Origin: Phallusia mammillata | Taxonomy: Eukaryota | DNA: 64,000 nt | Direction: 5' to 3' | Assembly: GCA_965637545.1 (NCBI GenBank) | Contig: OZ281498.1 | Coordinates: forward strand, 19,778,001-19,842,000 | Part shown: one piece after another, positions 1 through 32,860 of the stretch | Numbering within the stretch: the first letter of the stretch is position 1 | Layout of the letters: each line of letters opens with the position of its first letter | Program-made: the position numbers and the translations under genes | The notes under the pieces: model-generated | The model's database searches: none | What the model was told of the DNA's origin: nothing | Seen by the model: only the letters and a program-made list of their open reading frames with translations

Positions 1-43
1 AACATAACTGCCAATACTGTGTTCTACAGCTTGATTGACAACC

Positions 44-83
44 TGTACTGATGATGACAACAGCGATTGTTGAAACGTCTGCA
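44..83 (+). ncRNA. Minimal type I hammerhead ribozyme (Penelope-associated, dimer-type) in an AIFM2 intron, antisense to the gene
   Basis: UGUA-CUGAUGA-U-GACAA(CAGCGA)UUGUU-GAAA-C-GUC-UGCA: intact core, 5-bp stem II, GUC cleavage triplet, 4-bp stem I (UGUA/UGCA), stem III reduced to palindromic ACGU; AATAAA follows at about 108. Confidence 0.8.
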
Positions 84-433
84 TAATGTATTCTAGGGCT
101 GATATTAAATAAAGGTTTTTCATTTTTTTTTTCATTTTATTCTAACAGATTTTTTTGGGATACTTGCTGAATTGAATTGTGATCTATACCATTTTAACTG
201 CAATTTCATAAAAATGTCACCAATGTGTTCAAGTAAATTGATTTTTGCACATAGATTATTTGAAATGAATAAAAAAATATTTGATAAATTTTTAAATATT
301 AAAAAAATTCAAATAATCAAATAATTATTTGTATGATAACAGCCCTAATGTATTCTATATACACATGTTTTTTGGCAGTTATATTTATGATTGAATAATA
401 ATTTAAAATTTGAACGAAATAGAAAAGGTGTAC

Positions 434-3050
434 TTTCGTACCATACATGACTTCAATTTTCCTTTCCTTTAACTTTTCTTGAATTTTAGTGCGAGCTTCA
501 GGCTCAAGCAAACTAGACACCAAAGTATCGCCGTTGTGGACAATGGTCATCTAAAAATAAGTGTACAAATGTCTGAAAAGATTATACTCTTAATGTCCTA
601 ATATATGTTTGCACATAGTGCATTTAGGTCTGTTGTTTTCCCTATTAAAATGCAGTTAAAAATGTTTAATGATTTTGGTTAAAAAGTAACAAAAAACTTT
701 GTGATAATAATGTAAAAAATATTTTTTGGTTAATGACAATTACAATTCAAAGTTTTTTCTTATGATTTACCCCCCAAAAATTTTACTCATAATAAGCTAA
801 AGTTTATTAAACAGAACAAAATACTTGTATATTTGTTACAGAAAAAACAGGATGTTTTGCAAAATAAATGAAAAAAATAATGGCAATGTACCTTTTTACC
901 CTCAGGATAGTCTCCAATAATTTCCCCAGCCATCTCGACGCCGACAGCGCCACCCCCAACGATTACAATGTTTTTAGCTTGCTTTATTTCATCTGTGAAA
1001 TCATTGTACATTTTCATCAGACTTTGAGTCGACATATCAAGTCTACACTTTCCAGGAAAGGGTCCACTGCTCCCTGTGGCAAGAACCAACTGAGTGTAGT
1101 TAATTGGTTCCTATGATAAAAAATGTATATTTTTATGAAGTAATTTCACACTTGGGTTATAAGAACACTCAAAAGTAGAATTTTGTTTTTGTCATAAAAC
1201 ACATAAAGTGTATTGCATGACTAGGCATTGTTACACTTTTTCATGTAGTAAAGTTTAACAGTAGCTAAAATTATTTTCAGAGGAAAAAAGATTATTTTAA
1301 AAGGACAAGCCAAATACAGCTAAAATGGCATGAAGTTTACAATAATACAACAAGTCTAGCCATGATTAACACATAAATGGTAAATCAGTGTTCTGCAATT
1401 CCTTGAACCGAAAATAACAACCGATCAATGAAAGTAAACATAGTACAGACCTTTCCTTCTTCGAGTGAAACTTGTTTGTTGGTAGTGTCAATATCAACAA
1501 CTTTTCCTTGCAAAAAGTTCGCACCAAAAGTTGGTTCATAAAATATAAAGGTTTTCTTCGCAAAACCTGGTTCCACAGCAGCCCTACAAGCAAAATAGAG
1601 AAATAATAGATACACCAGAACTGCTAAGAACTCATATTCTAATAACTAGGGCAAGTTTTTGTTGCACTAAAAACGTGAGAAAGTTGCACTTAATTTCAAC
1701 AAAAGTTGCAGTAAAAAGTTGCATTTATGCACAAGTTGCATTTATGCATACTTCTTGGAGTTAAAATGACTAGCGGGCTGCAGGTTGGACAATCCCTGCC
1801 TTAGACTGTCATCTTAACAGATATCAAGGTTATCGCTTCTTACTTGCAAAATAACGAATGCACTTTTATATAAAACTTTATGCTTGGCTGGGGTTGTTGA
1901 ACTTCTAGCTTGCAAGCCAATTGTTGCGTCATAGATAACATTGAGATGCAGCTAATCCATCACATAGCTCTTTGTTATGCAAATCAAAGAGAATAGAACC
2001 ATACTAAAAATAGTTTTATAGCATGTTTTTTAAATCACTCCTTTACATTTTGCGCGATACTTGATAAAAGTTGCACGAAAAATAGAAAAAAGTTGCAAAA
2101 AGTTGGAACATAAAATTCCTACAAACAGCTCATAACATCATACTACATAAATTCTGAGTATTTAGGAAGCTGCCGGAAGCTGTATAAAAAGGTGCAAAAG
2201 TTGCGGAAAAGGCTGTTTATGTCAATGATTTTTAAACTGTGATTTTTTGTAGGTAACAGATAAATGGAAAAACACCTTCAACATCAAAACAAATCATTCA
2301 CTCAGAAAAGTGTCTACAATGGTAATTTTTTGCTAAAGTTTAAAACAAACAAAACAATTTTTGTTAAAGAAACACAAGAATTTATACCTCACACAAAAGA
2401 CTTACTGGTGCAGCTTACCGTAAAGCAGCCATGTTGTGATGAAGAGCATCTCTTTGGTCAATTAGGGTAAAACTGCCCCTTCCTTTAAGCTTGTTTGCCA
2501 ACCTTGCACCCCCATAACCTCCTCCAACAATCACTACATGTTGATCTTCAGTTAGTCGCTTGCTGCAAAGTAAATTACAGTTTATAAAGACAGCAACAAA
2601 TGCAGAAACATCACAAATAGTGTACATGCATTTGCAATTTAACATATTTCATTTGTTGCCTCTATAGATAATATTCTTTATTTGTAAAAAAATGTTTTGT
2701 GGCAATGAGATTTTAGGTGGAAACACAATAATATACAGCTAAAATAAAACATGTATAATATGACAAAAATACTAGTCTTGCAAATTTAAGTGATGCTAAT
2801 TTTATACATAAAACAAATAACTAAAAAATATGTTTTGACAGTGTGAACCTTTCAGTTTAGCATAAACCAACTTCCATGTGCAAAAAAAGTATGCACACTA
2901 ATTTAGATGTAGCATTGTTTTATACCTAAATCACAATTAATAGTTTTGTTATTATTGTCTTTTTTTAATGACTCACCCAATATCTACAAAATATCTGTAA
3001 CCATACACAGCAGCTCCAACACCCAAACCAATTCCAAGCAATTTCGCCAT
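434..3050 (-). CDS. AIFM2: Ferroptosis suppressor protein 1 / apoptosis-inducing factor 2 (FAD-dependent NAD(P)H oxidoreductase), 5' part; 3' exons lie beyond position 1
   Basis: Exons 3050-2977, 2562-2419, 1583-1451, 1110-892, 550-434, all GT-AG and phase-consistent. Motifs [45 protein letters not shown] and [16 protein letters not shown] closely match vertebrate AIFM2. The first coding exon (3050-2977) is less certain than the others. Confidence 0.93.
1646..2215. repeat. Degenerate non-autonomous DNA-transposon-like element with AAGTTGC subterminal repeats (AIFM2 intron)
   Basis: Starts TAGGGC; about 9 copies of AAGTTG(C) cluster at 1685-1740 and 2068-2205; no TSD found. Confidence 0.4.
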
Positions 3051-3322
3051 TACAGCAATTAGTCAATAGTTGCAAACCACAAACCCTGTTGTAAAATGAA
3101 AGTTAATGAAACGTGTCTTTAACTTCAGTGCCTTTAAAACTACAGTATGTATAGCTCGCTTTGTTAACAATTTAGGCTTTTATGTGATTCTATGTTGCTA
3201 AAATTACAACTTTCTAGGCCTTTTGTAAAGATAATAATCTTTATCTGAAGTGCCAGAGTTGAGCATTTTCTCTTTACTTTTGCAGCATTTGTTGACTTGA
3301 CCGGCATGAGCCAAAAAAGCAA

Positions 3323-3478
3323 CAGGGGTTGTAACCAAAAATTGCCACTTGCCACTTGCCACCGGTTCAGTGGCAATTGCCACCGGTTCAGTGGCAATTG
3401 CCACCGATTCAGTGGCAAGTGTTTCGGTTGTCACCGGTTTCGGTGGCAAGTCGGTTTGGTTTTGGTGACAAGTGCAAA
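3323..3478 (+). repeat. Transposon-like terminus followed by TTGCCAC/GTGGCAA palindromic repeat array
   Basis: CAGGGGTTGTAACCAAAAATTGCCACTTGCCAC, then three 21-bp units TTGCCACCG(G/A)TTCAGTGGCAA; the terminus is an inverted match to about 6600-6630. Confidence 0.75.
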
Positions 3479-3849
3479 GTAAATCAATTGATACAAATTG
3501 TTCCCGATCGTTGACAAGCTATTAAGTCGCAAGTTGCTGTGGAGTGTGGTGTCTTTACCAGGAGCACATGAGATATGGCTTGAAGGAGATATTCTAAGAA
3601 GTGGTGTACACAAATGGCATTATTTTATTGGGTATAACGCTAAATTTTTTGGATATAGTTATCATAATTTGTGTGTACTGTGATATGTAAACTTTAAGAT
3701 CAAACTTATTTTTTATGTTTTTTTGCAATTGTGCTCCTTGTAAACATTATTATTTTTCTTTGTCAATGTGGCTTTTGCAGTATGGATTATAATAAATAAA
3801 TACAAAATACTTGAATACATTTCGTGAACATTTAGGCAAATTCCTAGGT

Positions 3850-4158
3850 CAGTGGTTCTTAACCTTTCATGCACTGTACCCCCACCCCCACTTTTGGGCC
3901 TCATGGGACCCATAAGTGGTAACCCAGTAAGACTCGTGCCCCCCTAGCAAAAATGTATTTGACAAACTTAACTAAATTAAAAAGACCATAAACCACAAAA
4001 TAGTCGATTAAATTAGGTTATTTAATCATTTGCAACATATAATTAATTATAAGCTTTAAAATAGAAAAGGGCTCACTGACTTTTAGTGGGTGGTTACATC
4101 AAGCGTACACCCATGACTGCCCTAAATACAGCTCCTGGGCCCTGGTTGGAATCCCCTG
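3850..4158. mobile_element. hAT (Charlie-like) MITE
   Basis: Termini CAGTGGTTCTTAACC and GGTTGGAATCCCCTG; 8-bp flanks TCCTAGGT/TCCTAGGC (7/8 match). Confidence 0.8.
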
Positions 4159-6024
4159 TCCTAGGCAGATGCACTACAAGCATAAATAAATCATTAATCT
4201 TGTTTATTGATGAACTTGCATGAACAAAGAAAATGGGTGCAAATAGGGCATTTATACTTTGGCTGTTGCTCAAGGAGGTGAACAAAATCGTAAGCACATC
4301 TAACAAAACAGCAGTAAGAAAAAACATTATGGTTAACGTCTGTGTCACCTTACTGCAAAAACATAATTAAGAGGAAATATAAAGTCCATCTAGTAATTGT
4401 CAAATAACATATCATAATGCAGTAACAAACAAAAAGCTTGACAATGCACATAGGCTTGTGTGTGTGCCAGAGGAGGAGAGTGCTTGCTCGACACTTAACT
4501 ACAAATTTATTACCTATAAACATTTTTCATTAAAGTATCACATGCTAACACATGATGAGTTGGTAATAGATCACAGAACAACTAAACATCCACGTAAGAA
4601 AATATGCTTGGGCGATCGCCAAAAGGACCATTAAAATCCAACATGGAAAGAGTAGTGATGGCACAATAGCTAACCATTCAAGTGTAATGAATAAATGTTG
4701 GATAGGGTAAAATTCCATAATAATTCACAAAACTATTATCAATCAATACAATATGCTAAAACAATGAAATATATGTAATGCTTGCATTCCATGGACCAGG
4801 TTATGTTCAGTTGCAGGTCAACAATATTGTGATGCAAATCAAATGTCCTTAAATCTTATACTAAAATATGCTTCGTAGAGAATCACACATCAATTCTGAA
4901 ATGATAAATAGAGCCAGCAATTATACAACAGATACAGAGCAATGTAAGTTTCCTTTGTACTAGAACAAAATTTAAGTCTAAGCAAGATAAAAGTCAAAAA
5001 TTGTCACTAATTAATTGTTGCTTTCACTCTGAGTCTGATTTAGAATGCAACATCATGGTTTCAATTGACAGCCATGGCGAGTAGACACCACGGCTTTAAG
5101 TAGCTGCCATGGCCAGTGGGCATCATGGCTTTAAGTAGCAACCTTGGCCAGAAACATATATGGCGAGAATAAGTTCTGCATCAAGTATTTAAATACCAGG
5201 TACAGCAACCTTGATATAAATGTCATAAAAGAACAGCTTATTGTGCATCAACATAGGGCAAAACGGTCCTTGCAACCAAGCAACTGCTAAGGGATTCCTT
5301 CACACCCACCACAAGGGATTGTGTGCTAATCAGAGGCAGAGCCAACTTTTTCAGCATGGGGTTATCTTTTCAACATGGCCTAACGATTAAAGTGTCTTAA
5401 CTCTAAAAAGACAACTCTCCACTTCGTTGATGGGTATCAAGACAACTACATGTGATAAATATGTAATTAGTCCCAAACAAAAAGTTGGAATTGACAGTGT
5501 TCACAGTACTTGACTCCCTATAACATTAGCAATTGGAAAAAAAGTAACATAACATGTTTGGCATAGCTTGCTAAAAAAAATACATTTCACCAACTTACAT
5601 GTTGCTGTCTCAATGAACATAATCGTCTGAGTGTTTGTCTATTTCCACTTTTGCATGTATTTTCATGCTCCTGTGAGACTTTATGTCAGAGAGTTTTTGT
5701 ATGGTTAAAATCAAATGTTTATGAGATTACTTTTCCATGTTTGAAAGCAAGGTTAAGTCCTTTTACAGATTGAATTAATCTCATTTTCTTAATCTCATTT
5801 TCAACTGTCAGCTAAGTCAGGCTCACAATTGTTATGAATTAAGTAGAAATTTCAGCCATTGAAATTTGTAGACTTGTTGTTTTCAACGATTTCAATCTGA
5901 CCAATTCACAATGGCGGGATTATTCCATGAACACATGCAAATTCGTTGCAAACTAACGACGATGTTAAGTTCAGTAAAAAGGTGTTCGTTTAACTGTTCG
6001 TTCGGTAATAAGCGAACTTTTCAT

Positions 6025-6630
6025 TCAGTGGCTACCGAACCTTCAGTGGCAACCAAACCTTCAGTGGCAACCGAACCTTCAGTGGCAAGTCTCATCCGAT
6101 CGGAACGTTCAGTGGCAAGTCTCATCCGATCTGAACGTTCAGTGGCAAGTCTCTTTGAGTTTGAACACGTCCAGTCATAGAAACCAAATACATTTGACAG
6201 ACGCAATCATCTACATTATATATACTCATCAAAAAAATTAGCATGCAGAATTTTTCTTTTTCACCTCACCAAAACTCAATCTGAGAGTTTTATTCGCATT
6301 ATAATCGTCCACGAATGGATATTTGCTTGTCTCGGCATCGAGGTTTACATCTCTTGCCGTTGAGACATTTAACACATTTACTTGCCCCTTGCCAACCAGA
6401 CTTGTCTACAAAACTTGCCACTTGCCAACAATACTTGCCACTTGCCAACAACGCTTGCCACTTGCCAACAACGCTTGCCACTTGCCAACAACGCTTGCCA
6501 CTTGCCAACAAGACTTGCCACCAACACTTGCCACTTGCCAACAACGCTTGCCACTTGCCACAAAAATTTCTTGCTTGCCACCGGATTGAGTGGCAACCGT
6601 GGCAAGTGGCAATTTTTGGTTACGACCCTC
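6025..6630 (-). repeat. AGTGGCAA/TTGCCAC tandem arrays ending in a transposon-like terminus
   Basis: 17- and 29-bp units at 6025-6150; about 7 copies of the 20-bp unit CTTGCCACTTGCCAACAACG at 6415-6560; terminus reverse complement AGGGTCGTAACCAAAAATTGCCACTTGCCAC matches 3323-3355. Confidence 0.8.
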
Positions 6631-7492
6631 ACTCCAAAAAAGACATTTTCCTTTTTCTTTTGCTCTCTTTTTTACGCTTCACCTCACTTTCAAAAAAAGA
6701 AAAAAAGCAGGTCACGTAGCGCTCTTCTGTAATCGCTGTCTAAAAACAAGATCCCAAAGCGATTGCTTACAAAAAAACCTACATGAAAGCTGTTTTTTTC
6801 AATCAAACCTGTGGCCCAATTAAGTCTTCGAAGCAACAGTTTCTTCCGAATCTGTTAAAACTCTCCAAGACGACTTTGCAATGCGAAAGAACGAAGTTTC
6901 GCCGCATGTTTTCTGCAACGGACCGTGTTCTGAACGAAAATTTGTTAAAAAGACCAAAAAACTTATTTTCCTTTGAAACAGAAAAAGTTCTTGTTTTTTT
7001 GAAAATTACACCTAATTTCAAAACGATTAGGTTTATACCTATTTCTTTTATACTCAGATACACCCATAAGCAATGGCATCCACTTTTGCGACGAAATTTC
7101 GTACAAACTGTACGACGCTGTTTGTGGGAGTTACCTAGCATCGAAACTTGTCCCAGGAACACACGGAAGTATATTGGACCAATCGTCTTTGTGCACATTA
7201 GTTTGCCTTTGGTTAGACTTAATTATCATGTTTTTTTCTGTGTTTGGTAGCGGAATCAAATTAATCGCACAGAAATAGCGTTATTTCGTTCCGTTATGAA
7301 ACACGTTTTCGTGTGTAAAGGTTTATAGACGAAATTCGGTTACGAAAGTGCTGAATCGTAGTTTAATTTCATTTTTCACCAGCAATCTGTCAAACTTTAG
7401 TAGCAAAGTAGCCTAATGCCTGAGAGACCGACTTGATGCCCCTAGCCGTTGTGTAGCCTACTATTATTTAACTTCAAGTAGAGGGTATAACA

Positions 7493-7771
7493 CAGTGGTC
7501 GACAATCCCAAGGTTTTTCATGGCACGCCAACCGATTTGCCTGTTTATATTGTAGTAACAATTTAACCTGTTACACTGCTAGTTTATAGTTTTTATCATG
7601 CAATTGTCTTAAAATTCAGCCTTTCATGAACAAAACACTCTGATTTGTCTTTATTATTGATATCTGCTGGCACGAACCACTATTATTTTGAAAAACGTTG
7701 GAACACGAGGTTATTAACACACGGAAACAACAAGTAATGGCATGCGTCGCCTGAAAGGTTGCCGACCCCTG
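7493..7771. mobile_element. hAT MITE
   Basis: TIRs CAGTGGTCGACAA / TTGCCGACCCCTG; exact 8-bp TSD GTATAACA (7485-7492, 7772-7779). Confidence 0.88.
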
Positions 7772-9074
7772 GTATAACAGAAGAAAAACTCATTCATCAA
7801 ACGGACTGATTGCCAGTAGTAGCAACGGTTTAAAAACTTTAAATGTTTTCATATTTCTTCTTGTTTTCCTGATGACCTGTTCTTGGATTATACTTAAATG
7901 AAGATCAACATTGTCACTCTTGTTCTTAACATTGCATGTGGTATTTCCACCTTCTGCATACATGAGAATAAAACAGTTTATTAACTAAGTTTTTTCCCTA
8001 TTGACTAAAACTAAATGGAAATTTATTAAACCTGCAATTAAAAGTTAAAAAAAATATAGATCTTTCAAATTTCGGCATGTTTCATATTCGATTCCAGGTT
8101 TCCAACCTTGAAATTTCCCCCAAAAAAGTGTTTTGCAAAATGTCCAAGAGAATAGGCCTATAGCTTCCCCAAAACCTGAAAAACAAAGGACAACCCCAAC
8201 AAAGATATGCTCTCTTTCTAGCATTACAAAAAAAATGAGTTTTATCAAAGCAAAATTTTCAAAATACCTGAATACCAACTTTTTTTCATAGCTCCTCAAT
8301 TTTTTTCCTTTCATATCAAAACATACCCAACATTCTGACATGAAAAAATCCTGTATATTCCCTGTAGCCTACTACATGCAATTCCGACGTTTGGCAGTTA
8401 ACATGATAAAACCGAAGAGTAATAAATAAACATACAATATGGCAACGTATAGCGTAAATAGTTAGACAAACTGATACCAAAGGCACAACGCAGACAGAGT
8501 TAAGATTACTTACCCTACCTTGTTAAGCACAAGTAACGCTTTCACAGTTCCACAATTCCGGTTGATGATGGACAGTCTTATACGTTAACATGCATGTTTA
8601 AATTTGAGGTTGTCAGCAAGTGAAAGAACAATTAAAGGTTGTAGGATTCCGAGGAAATCTAAAACAGAGGGGAGGAATCAAATCAAAATAGTTAAAAAGA
8701 CGCTAACATGCAATTAAACGAAAAAGACGATAAGAATATAAAACATGTTGTGTGGAATAATCCAAACAGTAAGCTATCAAACGCTGTTTTGCCTAAACGC
8801 CGAAGTGATAAGGTAGAAATTACTTACATGACAAGCATGTACTAGTTACAGGAAAAAGGTGTCCGAAAGTTGATTCAAACTTCGCAAACTGAAAAGAACT
8901 CAGTGAACCAAATAGTCTGCCACATAACTGCAAATAATTTTACTTTGTACAATAAGGTAACATTCCGGTATCAGTAACTACTTTATTTGATAACTACTGT
9001 ATTGTGCTTTTCACTCGATTTTTAGAACAAGGAAGACCAACAAAGTAACAACCCGATAAAACGTATAGGTATAC

Positions 9075-9193
9075 CTTGCAAACTTCGCCAGTTCTCCACC
9101 TCAGCAGGCTTTCACCTTCACAAGCCTGAAGTGACTTTTTGCAAGGCAAGATTTGACGCGTTTTAGAATACGCTTTGATTGGACGTGACGTCA
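9075..9193 (-). promoter_or_regulatory. Putative AIFM2 promoter and non-coding first exon
   Basis: CRE palindrome TGACGTCA 9186-9193, CCAAT box 9178-9182 (minus), minus-strand donor AAG|GTATAC at 9075/9074; further GG|GTAAGT donor near 8512 and acceptor at 3086 just before the ATG. The TSS is inferred only. Confidence 0.4.
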
Positions 9194-9401
9194 AGAGATT
9201 TGTCAAGCGTGTCGGATGGTTATTTTTTTATTGAACCAGGCTGGCTGAACTTATTACTTTTATTTCAAATAGATTAAATAGATGTTAACCAATGGGAACC
9301 TGTGTACTGATTCCACAGGAAACCAATTGATAAATGTGTAAGTTACATTTGGACACAGATGTCTTTTTATAAGTTGGGCAATTAGCACAGTCAAATTTTA
9401 G

Positions 9402-9611
9402 GGTAGAGCTACTAACACTGAGCTTTGGCTGGGGCCTGGTCTGGGAATTTTTGGGAGGTGGCGCAACGGAGCATAGGCGTTTATGGTGCTGACTCAGCAA
9501 TTTGGGTTTATTGTAAGAATGATTGCTGAGTCAGCACCATAAACGCCTATGCTCCGTTGCGCCACCTACCAAACCGGGCCCCAGCCAAAGTTCAGTGTTA
9601 GTAGTTTTACC
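9402..9611. mobile_element. Mutator-like foldback MITE
   Basis: Almost fully palindromic; perfect 46-bp inner arms 9456-9501 and 9522-9567, near-perfect outer arms, GG...CC termini; exact 9-bp TSD AAATTTTAG (9393-9401, 9612-9620). Confidence 0.88.
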
Positions 9612-9921
9612 AAATTTTAGATGTTTAGGAATAAACACAGCCGAATCTTTTTGGTCTGTACACAATTATATGTCTTTATTTTAACTTTTTTTGCCAACTG
9701 TTTACTCTTGAACCCAGGTAATTGTCTACTTCACATGGATACCTGACTGTGGCCTGAAGGCCGGCTGTTGCTAACGTTTGGAGTTTTATAACTTATCTGC
9801 TGTCCATGAATGACTTAAATATGATGGGGCTACCTATATCGTTCGTTGATGCGTCGTTAAGGAACGGCTATTCATATATAGCATGGTGAAACATTTTGGG
9901 CGAAACACTCAGCCTTTAAAT

Positions 9922-10401
9922 CAGTGTTTCATACCGGAACGGAACGGAACGTTATACCGGAACGAAATAAATATTTTTTGGCTCAAATACCGGAACGAAA
10001 TACCGAAATAAAAAATATTCAAAATACCGGAACGGAACGAAATACCGTTAAATTTTATTCCGGTATTTCGTTCTGGACATTTGACGTGATACAATTGCTC
10101 AAAAATTTCGCGCCGTTAGGCTATAATAAAAATTGAAGCTCCTACAATTTACATCCGTTTGACCATCATTGACAAATGTTATGTGACGTAACAACTACCG
10201 ACAATAATTATTGTGTGTTGCAAGACCACAAACAAATGTTCGTTTGTTAAGACCGAAATACCGAAAAATACCGTTATAAATTTATTTCGGTCAGACCGGA
10301 ACGAAATGAAAATATCGGTCCAGAACGAAATAACGAAATAAATAATTTGCTCAGAACGAATAACGTTATTTCGTTTCGTTCCGTTCCGGTATGAAACACT
10401 G
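9922..10401. mobile_element. hAT non-autonomous element with ACCGGAACGAAAT subterminal repeats
   Basis: 25-bp TIR CAGTGTTTCATACCGGAACGGAACG at both ends; exact 8-bp TSD CTTTAAAT (9914-9921, 10402-10409). Confidence 0.92.
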
Positions 10402-11243
10402 CTTTAAATACACAAAACGTAGTGTTGAGCTGAATACAAATGGCCTGTAGAAACATGTATCGACCTGACAAGCATATATCTGTCTGGTATAAACGTATAC
10501 TAACATTCAAACCCGACAAAATTGGTTGAAAGTCCATGGGGTGGAACCTGTAATGCAAGTTTGAAAGATGCAAAACTCTCACCAACAAAACCAGTCTTCT
10601 CGCAGTTTCTATAGCAACGGGTTGTATTTTTGCTTTGCGAATAATTCCAACACGAAATAAGTTTAAAAACAGAACACAATTCCTCGCAAGCGCGAGCGGT
10701 GAGAGAGAAAAATACATTAACAGCAATTACAGCTAGTAGTATTGCATGTATGTACAAACCACGGTCATCTAAAACACTTCACCGATAATGATATCCTGCT
10801 AGCAATTCGAGGATGAAATGGGAATATATCACATAAGTAAGGTCCATCGACTCGCCGAAGTGTCAAAACTGCATTTTTTCGACACACAAATGAAACTTGG
10901 GTCTAGAATGTAACTGAGGTCACGAGGCCGCTGAAACATGGCGATGGCTGGTGGATAAACCACTACGTTTCGTTGTCCCGATTGGGACAGTTTCCTACTG
11001 TAACAAACCAAGCATCGATTGCAGGCGAAGATACCACAGCGTGTATATAAGTAAAGCACAGCGTACGAAAAAACAAACAAACTTATGTCGTGTCTTTGCT
11101 CCTGGTTTTATGAACTTAAAACACGGGGATTGTGTGACCATCCAATAGAATTTCCTTCCCACAAACTCGCCAATGGATTTTGGCAATGACGGACGTCGCC
11201 CACTACTGCTATGTACTAGCGCGCGCGAAGGCACTGGGTGGCG

Positions 11244-32860
<21,617 letters not shown>

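Noticed and set aside
1-110. Possible next AIFM2 exon on the minus strand
   Set aside because: The phase-0 frame after the nearest acceptor hits TAG at once and nothing resembles AIFM2; the sequence is better explained as a plus-strand hammerhead/LTR remnant.
4094-4348. 84-aa minus ORF ending in an MG-containing segment (MGVRLM)
   Set aside because: The MG lies inside a hAT MITE, the donor is weak and there is no homology.
5911-6823. Cluster of overlapping ORFs (LPLANN/ASGK repeats), also a possible CRISPR-like array
   Set aside because: Stop-free frames are artefacts of the TTGCCAC tandem arrays; units are contiguous with no unique spacers and the context is eukaryotic.
7039-7067. Alternative AIFM2 first exon MGVSEYKRN with phase-2 AG|GTATAA donor
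   Set aside because: It would join in frame, but E5/Y6 fit the myristoylation consensus poorly and there is no clear acceptor or promoter. Kept only as the alternative to test.
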